This document shows positions 1 through 13,567 of a stretch of DNA of 64,000 nt, in pieces. The notes under the pieces were generated by a model. The model was given only the letters and a program-made list of their open reading frames with translations. It had not been told where the DNA came from and ran no database searches. Each line of letters starts with the position of its first letter. Position 1 is the first letter of the stretch. The DNA is taken from positions 26,476,001 through 26,540,000 of the forward strand of contig NC_058368.1 in assembly GCF_018350175.1 (NCBI RefSeq). The letters are read 5' to 3'. This DNA is from Felis catus. Its lineage: Eukaryota. A program made the translations under genes and the position numbers.

Positions 1-3000
1 CAGTTCTCTCTACCCTCTTTTGTCCACCATTCAAAAGACCCTGGCAACCCTGGACGGATGAGACAGAAAGAATGACCCTGCACCCCCAACCCCGTTGTCT
101 GGCCTGTGCAAACTCATCTATCCCTCTCTCGCCCCCACCCTCCCCCCCCACCCCGCCACCCCCGCTCCCCCAACTGCTGGTTCTTCACCAGCTCTTCGTT
201 TGCATTCCCTTTGTTGGTCTGACAGCACCATTTTATCCGAGTTTGCTCAGTTGTTTGTTTGTCTTTTATTTGGGTGAGCTCCAGGGTTTCTAGAAGCTTC
301 TGGACAGCTGGGCTGTGCCTCTTTAACATAGTGCATATGGTGCCCTGAGCAGACAGGAGCCTGAAGCCTGTTTCTGATTGTGGCAGATGTTGTAGCACCT
401 ACGTCCCCAGGGGCTGTGGGGAGGTTCAATGAACATTCCAGACACCCACAGACGCATGTCAAATAGTTAAGTTTGCGAACCCAAATGTAAACAAACAAAC
501 AAACAACAAACAAACAAAACAGGATTCCTCTTACTTAAGAGGGGTGAATTCATCAGTTCAGGAGATTTTGGGAAGCCCCTGTGAAATTATTTAGAGACCA
601 TTAGATGGACGTGCCCTCAGAGAGCATGGCCTGTATGCTCATTGATATCTCCTGGGTCGCTGTGGGCTGTCTGGCTTTTTGTTTCTATAACCCAACACAA
701 CCCTTGACATCTGGTAGGTACTCAGGACATGACTGTGGAATGAAAATGACCTGCTGCTACTTTCACCAAGTCAACTCACAGGTGAGTAACCTGAGCTCCC
801 CAGGAGCCTCAAGGAGCTGGTTGGATGAAAACCTGTCCCCTGCCTCCCAAGCTAGGGCTGCTTCCACTTAGTTGACTTGTTTGTTTTGTATGGCTGGTGT
901 GGACCACCGGCTGAGTCCGAGGGCCCTCCGATCTCAGGGAACTCTTCAGAACCTCACAACTCGGTGAGAAGCAGAGCCTAGGAGTGAGAAGGTGAGAAGG
1001 AATGCACCAGCAGATCTGCCGCCATTTTTGTGGCCAGTAGGAAGCCCTTCCTGGGAATCTGGGATGCCTCCTTCAGACTCGACTGGGTCCCCACAATCTG
1101 AATATCTAGTGGTATTTGGCCAAATATTTGCTCCCCATGGCAGGGCTCACTCTCAGGCCATTACTCCCTGCTCAGGGTTGCCTCCAGAGGAGTTGTCAAG
1201 GGGACACTGCCACATGGGAGTCTGGCTTGGGTGGAGCCCAAGGTCATCCATCAGGAAGATTTACCCTAATGATTTACCCCCCACCAGTTACTCACAAACA
1301 GTGAAATTCTTAGTCAAAACAGAACTACTCCAAAGAAAATAACTTCTCTGTTTACGAATTGCTCTATAACTCTTTGCCCCCCTTGGTTCTCTGTCTCTGT
1401 CTCTGTTTCCATCTACCTTTCTCAGTTTGTCTCTGGTTTGGAGACACATGCACTTCAGTTCATTCTTCCTCCCATTTTCATCATTGCCAATCTCATAAGT
1501 GGTGCTCTGTAGTGGATAAATCCCAAATGGATGGAGAAGATGCTGGCACTAGTGTTATACTGGCTTGTATTCCAAAGGACCAATTTGGAATCATCCAGAG
1601 CCTCACAGGGAAGTGCCAAGGAAAGCCAGAGAAGTCATTTGGATCCCCAGTAGGACAAAGCAGCTGGTGCAGGGGGAATGGTGGTGTCACTGGCACCAAG
1701 CCCAGGAATCAGCATCACAGAGACATCGAGTCACGAGGGAAGGTCTCCTGACACAGCGACTGTCGCTGGTGCCCAGGGCTCATCTCCTTTCCTGCGGCTG
1801 GCCCCTTTGGTGAACTCCCTAGGGTTTTGGGCCAGCAGGCTTGGACTGCAAACTCCAGTTCTGGCCCAAATTAGGAGATGGGGCCAAAAGAGCAAGAGAA
1901 CGAGGAGGAAAGAAGGGAGAGAGTGGGAGGTTTCCATAGCCATGCCCATGAGGAAATGTCAGTGATGTGAGTCCAATTCTAGAACCTTCTTAAGCAGGAT
2001 GCTTTAAAGATCTGAAGTCAGGGTTTCCTGCACTGGGAGAAGAAAGATTGTTTATAGTACTCAGGCTAGGTAATGCCCTGATTTCTAATTTAACAGGTTT
2101 TTTTTTCATTCCTTCCTATTTCCTCTGCCACCTAGCTACTTCCCCAGGGTGTTCATAGGAATAATGAGAACATGTGTAATTGCTGTGAGCTCCTTAAAAG
2201 GAAAGTGCTATATAAACAGAGTATTTTTATGTGTGCATATAAAATATATCTTCTCTGACTAGAAGTTTCTTATTCATGGAGCTAAATGAAACGGGTTTAT
2301 TTGGAATAACAGTGATCCCAAAGGACCTGAGTAGGGCAAAGAACTTGTGTGTGGGGAAATATCAGTCAATATTAAAAAGTGTCTCTGGCATTGATTTGTC
2401 CCCCTCATCTGTGAGGTCTTAGTTTCTACCTTACTCTCTTTGGTTCACCTTCATGAAGCTTTTGGAGCATGCTCACACATGGGCTTTTCTGCATAGACCA
2501 TCACACGGTTGCAGATAGTGGCGTGTTGGCAAATGTTTGACGACTGGCTATTTGGGGGAGCAGGCGGTCCTAATTTATGGTTTCGGCCAGTTTTCACGAT
2601 GTAAATAGTCTTGATCCCGGCCACTTTCAAGCTATTGACATGGCCGATATGGACTTGGGGAGAGGTCCACGTAAGATACCGGTACATGATTTTTTCTCCA
2701 CACAGATAAAAAGATGTAAATAACCTCAAGAGCACAGATGAAAGTAAAGCGGGGTAAAGTAATTAGGAAGGGACGAGTTTTGAGAATAGATTACATTTGT
2801 TTTTAAGATTATTTAATTATGAGTTTTTATGATTTGATTTGAATGATGGCCGCGTGGATAACTGGCTTACAGCATTTCGGAAAATGGAGCAGTTGGCTCT
2901 CCCAAGCTGGTCTGGGCTGGCCCCGGCACACCACAGTGCTGAGGTGCTCAGCTTGATATGGTCTCGTCTCTGAGGCCCCGGAAGCCAAGCATCCCCTGGG

Positions 3001-3195
3001 CATTTCCACCTGGACATCACACTACAAGGGTAAGATAAAGGACTCTAAAAATGAATTCTTTGTTTCCACAATCGCATCTCTTTCAGACTTTATCCAAGTG
3101 AAAAATCTTAAAGTCACCTTCTATCCTCCTTCCCTCTCAGTCTTCACATTTGCTAGCAACCGTTATCAATTCTTCTCTGCAACATCTCTCGCAGC

Positions 3196-3350
3196 CGTGG
3201 TTCTCAAAGTCAGGTGTGTGCTAGGAGATTTACATACATACTGATGTCTGGGTTCCATTCTCAGAGGTCCTGATTTCATTGGTCTGGGTATCACGATCTT
3301 GCAAATTTCCCCAGGTGAATCTAACGCTCAGCCAGGGATGGAAATCACTG
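3196..3350. mobile_element. MER5-like hAT-Charlie MITE remnant
   Basis: Begins gtggttctcaaagt, contains tgatttcattggtctggg and ccccaggtgaatctaa, ends aatcactg; resembles the recalled MER5A/B consensus. Confidence 0.6.
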
Positions 3351-3580
3351 TCCTTTGCACTCTCACGGGTACCCACCTCCAATACGGTACAAGGGGAACA
3401 CAGGCTTGGAAGTCCAACAGACATGGCCATGAATCAGCTCTGCCACCTACAGGGGCATGTTTCTGAAACCTCTGAGTTTCACTTTCACCAAACTGTAGAA
3501 TGGGGAGTAATAATACTGGTCGTATAAGATTATGTCAACATTTTTTAGCTCAGTGCTTGCCTTAATAAAAGTCCGATTCC

Positions 3581-3807
3581 TTTTTTTTTTTTTAATTTTT
3601 TTTTCAACGTTTATTTATTTTTGGGACAGAGAGAGACAGAGCATGAACGGGGGAGGGGCAGAGAGAGAGGGAGACACAGAATCGGAAACAGGCTCCAGGC
3701 TCCGAGCCATCAGCCCAGAGCCCGAAGCGGGGCTCGAACTCACGGACCGCGAGATCGTGACCTGGCTAAAGTCAGACGCTTAACCGACTGTGCCACCCAG
3801 GCGCCCC
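3581..3807 (-). mobile_element. Young feline Can-SINE (SINEC_Fc-like)
   Basis: Poly-T, (GA) tract, ends ...cacccaggcgcccc; TSD aaaagtc(c/a)gattcc at 3567-3580 and 3808-3821. Confidence 0.95.
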
Positions 3808-5222
3808 AAAAGTCAGATTCCTACTTCGTATTCCAGTGGTCTCCTAGCAGATCTTGTCTTTCATTTCTCCCCAGCCTGCATATCTCAGAAACGCCTGCTG
3901 AAATGATCATTCCCCAAAGTCGAACCTCTGTCCAAAACCCTTGGATGGCTCCCCATTGGCTATTCTTCACTGCCCTGAACCCCAACAGCCTCACCTTCCA
4001 CTAGGGAGGTGGCACAACCCTCTCAGGTCTGAGCCGACCTAGTGCTTTTACCCCTGGAATGTCTCCCCTGTTCCTCACGCAAGGAACAGCTCATAGCTTC
4101 CAGGAAGCCTCTCTTTTCAGAAGGACGCTGACGGTTATCTCCTCAGCCTCTCCTAATCTCTGGCTTCAACCTTCTGTGCTCCCCTCATTGAACGTAAACA
4201 CTTACATTTCTCATCCTCAGACTGAAGCCTCCTAGATGGCAAGGATGCCTCTTACTCACAGCCCAGGCTGTCCGCGGGATGTGGTCAACCAGGGTGGCTA
4301 ATTACACAGAGTGACAATCAGCCTCCCAGCTCAGAGCTGCCATTTTCTGGGGCTGCTCAGACTGGAGGGAGAAGGAAGTGAAGTAATTCTGAGGTCCCAT
4401 GGCCACTCTTGCAGCGCCTCTTCGTCACCTCTGCCCTTGCGATCTGTCCCAGTGTAAATACTGCACCTAATTGCACCCCAGTTGCTCCTGGGCATCCCAA
4501 GTGGTCACGCCAGGGCCTGACCTTTCAGCTCAGCAGGTCTCCTCGGTGCCCTCCATGCCCTAGGCACTCAACGCATTTGGAAATGGGGAGGAAGGCAGAG
4601 GTCCTTCCTGCCTGGCTCTAGTTTTCACTGCCAGTTACCTCGGGAGCTCTGCCTAGGAGAGGGAATGTTCTTCCATCAGCACTGTATTCACTTGTCTCCC
4701 TGAAGGACACGTGTCTAACACCACCCACAACAAAAGAATGTTTTAATTTCATAGCAATTGATTTAAAAGTTATGTCTATATGAAAGCAACCGCCTTTATC
4801 TAGGCTGTTCCATATCCTATTACTATATATTAAACATTTGGGATGAGCAGAGACTAATTTCTCTGTGTTTCAGCCTCTTGTGTTCAATTTCCTAGCTCCA
4901 TTACCGCCATCATCATGGCCAAGTTGGTAACCTCAGAATCCCCCTTGACTCCCTTCCCATCTCGTTCTTCAAATCTCCTTAGCCACCAAGTGCTATTGGT
5001 TCCATTTTCCAAAGGTCACATGCCCGGCTCTCCTCCCCGTTTCCCCCACAATTCACTTATTTTAGCTTTTATTTTCTCTTAGTTGGGCTATGGTACGAGC
5101 CTCTGACCTTCCTGCTCCCTGTGCCACATCACTAGCTGCCTGATGTATCTTTGTAAAATCTGATGAATCATACTTATGCCTAAAATCTTCTGTCTCACCC
5201 AAAGAAATAAGTCTGGCTCCTT

Positions 5223-5444
5223 AAAATAAAATTTTTTTCATGTTTATTTATTTTTGAGAGAGAGAGAAAGAGAGACAGAGCACGAGCAGGGGAGGGGCAG
5301 AGAGAGATGGAGACAGACTCCTAAGCAGGCTCCAAGCTCTGAGCTGTCAGTGCAGAGCCCGACATGGGGCTGGAAACCAGAGTCGTGAGATCATGACCTG
5401 AGCCAAAGTCAGACACTTAACCGACTGAGCCACCCAGGCACCTC
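5223..5444 (-). mobile_element. Can-SINE (SINEC)
   Basis: SINEC body; TSD aagtctgg(c/a)tcctt. Confidence 0.93.
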
Positions 5445-5459
5445 AAGTCTGGATCCTTT

Positions 5460-5905
5460 AGTGTTGCATACATGCCTACACATCTCATCCCAACCCATGT
5501 ATCAGCCTCATACCCTTTCTGTTCACTCTCACCTGCCCTGTACTCACACACCACACTTCTCATGGGGCTTTCATGCCTCCACACCTTCTTGTCTGCGGTC
5601 CCTCTGCCTGCAGGAATGCCCGCCTTCTCCTTTGTCACCTGAACTTTCCAACTCATCTGTTAAGGGACAGCTCAAAGGTGACCCTCTATGCAATCTTCCT
5701 TGTCTCCCTCTGATAGAATTAATTATTCCTTCTTTGTGTTCCCACGGCTGTTGGTATAAACTTTATTCAGCACTTGGCTGCATTGTTTTAATTATTTGTT
5801 TTCCTATCTGCCCTCATTCAACTGTGGCTTAGTCATCTTGGTATTCCCCAGTGGCCCCACAGGGAGGGAGGAGTTCCACAGATGTTTGTGGAATCAACGA
5901 GTGCA
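5460..5905 (+). mobile_element. L2 LINE 3' fragment (ancient)
   Basis: Degenerate L2-like text ending atgtttgtggaatcaacgagtg. Confidence 0.5.
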
Positions 5906-7714
5906 TTTCCTGTCTCATGTTGCACATGCTCTCTCTTGTCCTCCTCTATGAGAGATACACCAGTAGACCGAGTGGAGAGAGCCTAGACCAGATGATAAGA
6001 CTCTCAAGACAGCTTAAAAGCTCCATTGTATGTCCAGAAAAAAGCTTTTTCCCGGATCCCATGTGGCAAAGAGCTGTGGCAGACAGGTGAAAAGTCTGTT
6101 TGCCCTCAGAGAGGCTGTGTTTGGAAAACCCGTGTTGATTTTAACTTGAGTATTAGTCACCCATAAAACGCTGCCAGAAATCTCTCTGGGGCTGGCCGAA
6201 GTTACAAAACGTGTGCAGATTGTTTTCTGGGCTGTGCTTTGTTAAAATAGCAATTCCCAGTTTGCCTCAGGTATAAAGTTTAGGTTCACGGTTCACCGGA
6301 TATTTTAGGAGAATATGGGCAAACATTCCAATCACCCCCTCTCCTCCCCTGCGGTATGCAAGACTTAGGTTCTCTGTTCCCATGGCTCAGATTTTTCAGA
6401 GAACAGGTTGCTGATGACGGTCATTCCGTCACCTTGCCCTCTCCCCAAAGAACCATCTTTAAGCTCTCCATGGATTTGAGTGTCCACAAAACATTACTCT
6501 CCAGGGCAAGCTTGGGGTGACGTTGGGGAACTTTGGAGTTCCTGACAGAGCTGGAGCTCTGGGCCCACATTAGAGATGAGGCCGCTTCTGGGACAGCTAG
6601 CCAGATTGAAAGAAGGAATAAATAAGTAAACAAAGGAATCCTTCCTCGTGACTTGAAAAAAGAATCATGGAACCCAACTCTATTTAATACTGTTCCCTCT
6701 CACTGGCCTTTCCCTCCTCTCCCCTTCAGAGATTCACCTTTGAGCACTGACTTGGTCCAAGGTTTCACTAACCTTTATTTTGCCAGATTAACCTTCAGTG
6801 CCAGGCAGTAGAAAAGTCCATCAGTGATGGTTGTGCAGGAGAAGAGGCTGGATGGCTCTCTAATGAATTCTGGCCAAAACAGAAGGAAAAGCACTTGTGA
6901 AACAAAAGTAGAGGGTCAAGGAATGATGGTGGGGTGTGAAATGCCTCCATTGCCCTCACTCAAGAAACTGACACCTAGCTGGTTGTCACTCTTCATCAAG
7001 CTGGAGGCAGCGTTGACAGAACGGAACTGGATGCTGAGGAGATGTTGGTGAAGTGGCAAGGTGATGAGAGGGAGGAGGGTATGGCAGAGTTCCAGCTCTT
7101 TCTGGACAGAGCTTCAGTGAAGGTGAAGAAAATGGATCTCAATCATGCAAAGCCACTGCTCCAACAGTATGTCATCAAGGAAATGGCCAAGGGAGTCTCT
7201 GGGAATGAGGACAAGGCTGCCCTGTGTTTGCTTGGACAGATACTGGTAACATTTACGGCTCAGAATCTTTAGGAATTAAAGAGTATACATTAAACTAAAA
7301 CAGATGGTCTTAGAAGTGCAAATATAATTAGGTTACATATATCAATGAACAAATATTATATGGAAGAGTGGAAAATGTTATAGAAACGAAGAGCTGTGTT
7401 TTGAGGTGTGCTGCCCCACAGAAGGAATGCGGCCACCACTGTCAGCTTGGTGACTTCCCGGAGTCAAGCTTCTTTTGATGACCTCTCAAGGAGCTCCTGA
7501 GCTCATGTTGGGATGTTTGTCACCCTGATCCCAAATAGCAACTGGCAAAGTTTGCTTTACTGGTTATACCCTGGTGGAGGTTCCCAGAAGGTATAGTCTT
7601 AGCCACACAACTATATTATGGGCTCAAGTCAAACGCCCAAATAATAGAGGGCAGGGATTCACTTTTTATTTCACCCGATCCTTAGTGGGTCCTTCTGATG
7701 GTAGACAGGACATT

Positions 7715-8230
7715 TGTTCGCTCATCCGTTCGTCCATGCAAGCATTCACTAGCAACATGTAGGAAACTCTGTGCTAGGGATTAAGAATGTGATAAGACAG
7801 ACCCTGGCTTTAAGATGCTTGGAGATCAGTCAGGGAGACAGAAAAAATACTAGCTGTGATGCATACCACAGTGAAAACATCAGGCTAGAGGAATGTGCAG
7901 GATGCTGTGAGAAGATATCAGGGAGGTATTGGCTATAGCCTTGGAGAGGAGTTCAAGCAGGCTTGAGTTGATCTTGAAAGCTGAGTGGAAGCGAGTCAAG
8001 TTACAAGTGGCAGGGGATGAGGTCTGGATGCCAGGACGTGGGAGCAGCACTTATAAAGAGCAGAGACATGAAATAAATATGGTGACCGGGATGCAGCAGG
8101 TTATTTCAGGGCTGGAGCAAGACAGGTGGGATTCTAGCAGGAAAAGCAGTTGGAGGGACCAAAAGGGGTCATATCTTCAAAGACTAGTGTAAGTCGCTTC
8201 ATTCTGATGTAATGAGGAGCAACTGAATAC
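7715..8230 (-). mobile_element. L2 LINE 3' fragment (ancient)
   Basis: Degenerate cattcactagcaacat...tgtgctagggattaagaatgtgataagacag, like the reverse complement of an L2 3' end. Confidence 0.55.
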
Positions 8231-8238
8231 TTTCTTCT

Positions 8239-8460
8239 TTTTTTTTTTTTAATTTTGTTTAACGTTTATTTATTTTCGAGACAGGGAGAGACAGAGCATG
8301 AACAGGGGAGGGTCAGAGAGAGGGAGACACAGAATCTGAAGCAGGCTCCAGGCTCTGAGCTGTCAGCACAGAGCCCGACGTGGGGCTCGAACTCACGGAC
8401 CATGAGATCATGACCTGAGCCGAAGTCGCCGCTCAACCGACTGAGCCACCCAGGCGCCCC
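8239..8460 (-). mobile_element. Can-SINE (SINEC_Fc-like)
   Basis: SINEC body; TSD aat(a/g)ctttcttct; sits next to the A-tail of the neighbouring L1. Confidence 0.95.
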
Positions 8461-8471
8461 AATGCTTTCTT

Positions 8472-9228
8472 CTTTATAAATGTTTATTGAGGTGTATTTC
8501 AAATACAATAAAATGCACCCATTTTAAGTTGGTGAGTTTCGGCCGACACACCTGTGTCACCACTGCCCCAGTTGAGATGTAGAACATTTCCACGGTTCCC
8601 AAAATTTCCTTGTGCCTCTTTGCAGTCAACATCCTCCTCCAATCCCAGTTCCAGGTAACCACTGATGTGTTCTTCAGTAAAAATAGATTACTTTTGTCTG
8701 TGTGAGAATTTCATATTAATAGAATCATACAGCATGTTACCCTTATATCTGCCTTCTTTTACTCAGCATAATGTCTTTGAGATGCTCCCGTGTTGTTGGG
8801 TGCTTATTCCTTTTTATTGCTGAGTAGAATTCCATTGTATGAATATACCACACTTTGCTCATTCGTTTATCTGTTGATGAATATTTGGGTTTTCAGTTTT
8901 GAACTGTTGTAAAGTTGCAATGACCATTCGTGTACATGCTATCTTTTTGTAAACATGTGTTTTTATTTCTGTTGGGTCCATAACTATGAAACTAAACATG
9001 AAAAGACATTTAGTATCATTGGTCATCAAGCAATGCAAATTAAAACCGCAATAAGATACGAGTAAACGCCTATCAGCATGCCTAAAATTAAAGAGACTGA
9101 CCATGATAAGCCCTGGCAAGGGATGTGGAGAAACTGGAACTCTCATACACTATTGACGGGAGAGTAAAACGGTACACCCACTTTGGAAAGCGGCTGGGTA
9201 GTTTCTCATACACGTAAACATGAACTCA
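8472..9228 (-). mobile_element. Old L1 (L1M-type) 3' fragment with inverted 5' segment
   Basis: 8472-~8987 is an L1 3'UTR on minus (tttattgaggtgta...tacaataaaatgcacc); ~8990-9228 is L1 ORF2 C-terminal text on plus (atgcaaattaaaacc, ggatgtggagaaactggaactctcatac). Confidence 0.8.
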
Positions 9229-9301
9229 GAAAGCCACCTCCTGAGTTTTTGACCACTGAATAATTTCAAGTAGGGGAGCAATATGAACAGATTTTGTTTT
9301 T

Positions 9302-9494
9302 ATTTTTTTAAATGTTTATTTATTTGCTTTTGAGAGAGAGAGAGAGGCAGAGAAAGAGGAAGAGAATCTCAAGCAGGCTTTGGGCTGTCAGCACATAGCC
9401 TGATGTGTGGCTCGAACTAACGAACCATGAGATCATGACATGAGCAGAAATCAAGAGTCAGATGCTTAACCGACTGAGCCACCCAGGAGCCCCC
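9302..9494 (-). mobile_element. Can-SINE (older subfamily)
   Basis: SINEC body; TSD acagattttgttttt. Confidence 0.92.
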
Positions 9495-9698
9495 GACAGA
9501 TTTTGTTTTTAAAAGAATAGTAGCATTGAGGATGACAGATTCTGTGTAATTAGGTCATCTTTGTATATATCAATTTTTATCGATGAAAAATAGTCTTTCA
9601 TGTTTTAATGCCAAAAAATGGGTAATTACTTCCCTATGGTGAGTAGTTAGATAACATTAAATATTTCATTATTGAGTGTAATTCCAAATAAACTTCTT

Positions 9699-9759
9699 TT
9701 TTTTTTAAAGTTTACTTATTTATTTTTGAGAGAGAAAGTGCAAGAGGGAAAGGAAGGGA

Positions 9760-9808
<49 letters not shown>

Positions 9809-9951
9809 AGAGAGAGAGACTCTGAAGCAGGCTCCACACTGCTAGCTTGGAGCCCTCCCTACTCAGGGCCCAAACTCACAAACCCTGAGATCATGACCTG
9901 AGCTGAAATCAAGAGTCAGACGCTTAACCCACTGAGCCATCCAGGCGCCCC
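9699..9951 (-). mobile_element. Can-SINE with expanded (GA)n
   Basis: SINEC body; TSD caaataaacttctt. Confidence 0.92.
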
Positions 9952-11529
9952 TCAAATAAACTTCTTAATGCAACAGTGTTGCTTCTGCTGAATTAGTTCC
10001 TTAAAGTGAGACCCTGGGACTGGGATCACTGCGCTAATACTCCTAAACATGTTTAGGCTTTTTGCTGCCAGGTGACATTCTGACTGCCTAAGGATTGCAC
10101 CAATCAACAGTGGGGTATATATTATTGTTTATTTTTCACAGATGGGGAAGGAGAAGCTCAGATGATGTGAATTAGCTAACGTGGGTAGAAGACGGCCCAA
10201 CAGTGTTTCAACCTGTGTCCCGATTTCCTCTTCAGTCTAGGGGTTCTTGCTCCTTCTATTCACACCTTTCCTCCTGCAGAGCTTTATTTGGAGAAACGTT
10301 TCTCTGTGCCAGGGACTCTACCAAAGGTAGGGACACGCAAATGAAGATGCATAGTCCTTGTTTCCTCAGAGCTTAGACTCCCTCCTGCCTATCTGGAGAA
10401 AATCTCAAGTGAATAGGCTGAACTACAAAAGGAAGGAGAGGAAAGGCATTAGAATCCCATGGTGGGTCACAGGTTGGATACCCAGCTTCCGGGCCCACGT
10501 TGAGGGAATTTTCCTCTGCTGTGCTGTTACTTGTCTGGGTCAGCCACAGTGGGGTAGAGGCCTGGGGTTAAGAAACCCATCTCGGTAGGGAGTGACTATA
10601 GAGCTTCCCTGTGAGCTTAGGGGAGAGTACACAGAAGTGCTCAGTGGGGGACAATGACAGGTGGGAGCAACCCCTGCGTGAAGGGGAGGGTCTGAAAGAG
10701 GCATTCTGAATTGAGTGCATTTTGTTGGGAACAACTTACATTTCTCGAGCTCTTTCTGTGTGGTTGGCGTTGTTCCAGGTGTTGTAAAAAAAGAAGGGAA
10801 AAAGCTTTGGGGGCTGGAGATCAAAACGTTCCAAGAAATGTCTGGCACGTATCAGTGCAGGTGAGGGGGGGGAGATGGCGTGTGGAGGTGGTAGCCTTTC
10901 ATTTTAGTGTGCTTCAGCTCCCTCCCTTCCTCCCTCCCTCCCTCCCTCCCTCCTTCTCTCCCTCTGAGTGCCCTTTCTCTATCCTCTCCCCTACCTCACC
11001 CCTGGGGCCTCTGATACCAGGCCAGCCCTGTTGTGTTCTCCCAGCCCCTCACAGAGGCACCTTGCCCAGGCCTGCACCCTGCTTTGGGATGCCAACCACA
11101 AATGCCAACAGATACCAGTCAGGTCAGCCAAGTGAGAAAGGAAGGGTGTGTGGGGAGCCAGCTGTAGGGGCTGCGCTGGACTCGACAGCTTCCGGTCTCA
11201 ACAGGGCAGCTGTTAGTGCTCTCGGTGTCAGATATTAATGATACTAATGAAACAGGGCGTTACGAGGGGGTCCAAGGTTCTGGGAGGAGTGGGAAAACTG
11301 CTTATTTGAAATCTCACTATGTTTAAATATTGGAAATCCAGTTACTTTCAACACTTTTTCTAACAGTTTGTATAGGCCAAATTAAATCAGAGTGGACTGG
11401 ACTGGATTCCACTGGGGACTTCCCATCCGTGCTTCTGTCCTAGGCAATGCTACTTTGCATTTTTCTTTCTGCCTCAAAGCCTGCCTCTCGTTCCCGGGAT
11501 CTGCTCTCTTAGGACCCAGGGAGGTTTAA

Positions 11530-11730
11530 TAGCTTCTACTTATTGAGTATCTATTATATTTCAAGGATTTTGCATGTTTATGCTTACTCCTGACAAATAT
11601 CCTGTAACGTAGGTATCTCTATCTCCATTTTACAGAGGAGTGGGTTGACTATTGTCACTTGGCTATGTGCAACCATCAGTGGCACATCTGAAATTCAAAC
11701 CTAAAGTCCACATCTTCCCTGCCATGCCAA
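11530..11730 (-). mobile_element. MIR
   Basis: Core ctccattttacagagga preceded by acttattgagtatct. Confidence 0.6.
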
Positions 11731-11911
11731 GCTACCCTTAAACAAGTGGCATACTCTCTCCGAGGAAGCCTGTGTTGCCCAAGTTTTAAGGCAAGAAGTT
11801 GCGACAATCTCTGAGGTTCAGGTGGACCCCTGACTTGGCTGGTGCTCCTTGTAGTTCAGCTTTGTTGTGAGACTAGGCTGCTCCCGCATAGAAGTATTTA
11901 AACATATATAA

Positions 11912-11913
<2 letters not shown>

Positions 11914-11950
<37 letters not shown>
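11914..11950. repeat. (CA)n microsatellite
   Basis: Seen directly. Confidence 0.95.
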
Positions 11951-11951
<1 letters not shown>

Positions 11952-13567
11952 GCATTCCACAGCACTTTATGGTCGGATGCCTTGAACATACCACAGCAAT
12001 AAAGCTGCTTCTCCCAGTTGCAAATGGAGGTCCTGCAGCATGGCAATTCTATAACTTGTTAGTGCAAAAGAATGATGAATCACTGATGGAGCGTGTATGG
12101 AAATGAGGACGTTTAAGAGACCGTTAAGGGCGCTGAAATGGATCCAGGACATACAATAGTGTGTATCTACCGCTATGGTTATGGACTTGTATAATGCTTT
12201 TTGCTTCTTTGACTTCAGTGCTTGTAATTGGATATCCCAGGATGAAACAGAACAATGTTAAGAGATGTTAGATCACGTAGAAAACAGTTGTCAGTCACAG
12301 GCGATTCTGCCTGGAGACTGGTTTGACTTATCCAGAAGGAATGTCCAGTCACCAGATCCTATTTGTTACCCGTATTTCTACCGGCACCTTTGTGGACCCT
12401 CTACTTACAAGAGTAGCAGTCAAGAGTACATGATCAAGGGTGTGTGGAGAAGCAAGAAGTCAGAAAGGTGCAAGTGTCCTGCTTAGACTTCTTCCTTTGA
12501 CATTTACCACCTGGAAGATGTCTTTCATTTGTGGATGTGGCCACATGTCCTCACATTCCTCAGGTGAGGACCAACCTGGCGTTCTAACTGTCCTGGTCGG
12601 GGTCTCCTGAGGATGGGATGCTCAACTTTGTTCTGGGGTTGTTGAAAGGCGCCTTGGAAGAAAAAGAAGAGGAGGAAAACAGAAATCAAACTTTTATGGA
12701 ACTCAACAGTTGCCCCGAGATAGTGTTCCTCAAAATGTGTTACATGAAACACCAGTTCCATGAGCAGCTCTGTGATGGAAGGATGCTGGGTCCAAAGATT
12801 TAGGGGATGTTGTATATCATATCACTCACGTGGAGCTGCCCAGTGCAGATTGGCATATGAAAGGTTATAAGAAGCCTTGCAGAAAAACTCCTTGCTTTTT
12901 GTTTAAGAAACTTCGTCTGAAATTTACTTGAATGTGTTTCTCATCTCTCCCCCCCACCCCCAATACATCTCTTCACATCCAAGGAAAACACTTGGCATTG
13001 AGGGCAGATGAAGGTAAAGATGCAGGAGGGGACTGACTCTACTGGCTAGAAAAAAAGTATGAACCCCTTTTCCATTGTCTGTTACTCAAATCAGTAATCC
13101 CAACTCTGTTTAATGAGCCACCAAGGTGTCCGGAAGCTCATAAAACATCATTTAAAGCATGAGAAAGTGCATTCCCTTTGACCAGGAAAGCACCCACTTC
13201 GCCATTTGATGTCGATCGGGAGGAAGAGGGCCACGGCCCTTTCCTCCCTGAGTCCTGCACATTCCCAGTCATGTCCTCAGAGCACTGCTGACTCCTCACT
13301 CCAGCTTGGTCTCCTTCACTGTGCTCACTTGTAAACCCTGCTCCTCCCCTCCAGACTGCTCATCTCCTTCGTAATTAGGCATTCACTGGCATGATCATTG
13401 GTTTATGGCTTCCACTGGACTAAATGCAGAGCACAGGGACGGGCACGTAATTGGTGTTCATTAAATTTTTTTCAAGAAATTGTATTAAATCCATTACAAG
13501 TCATAATGAATCCACATCCCTTGGTACTCGTTAAACCAGACACTTTCTCACCCTCTAGGCAAAAGTC

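Noticed and set aside
3532..4004. Recurring ORFs such as [17 protein letters not shown] and [19 protein letters not shown] throughout the window
   Set aside because: Translations of Can-SINE bodies, not a gene family
6824..7272. Protein-like ORFs (MAEFQLFLDRASVKVKKMDL...)
   Set aside because: No recognisable homologue or convincing splice sites; purine-rich text compatible with a decayed repeat
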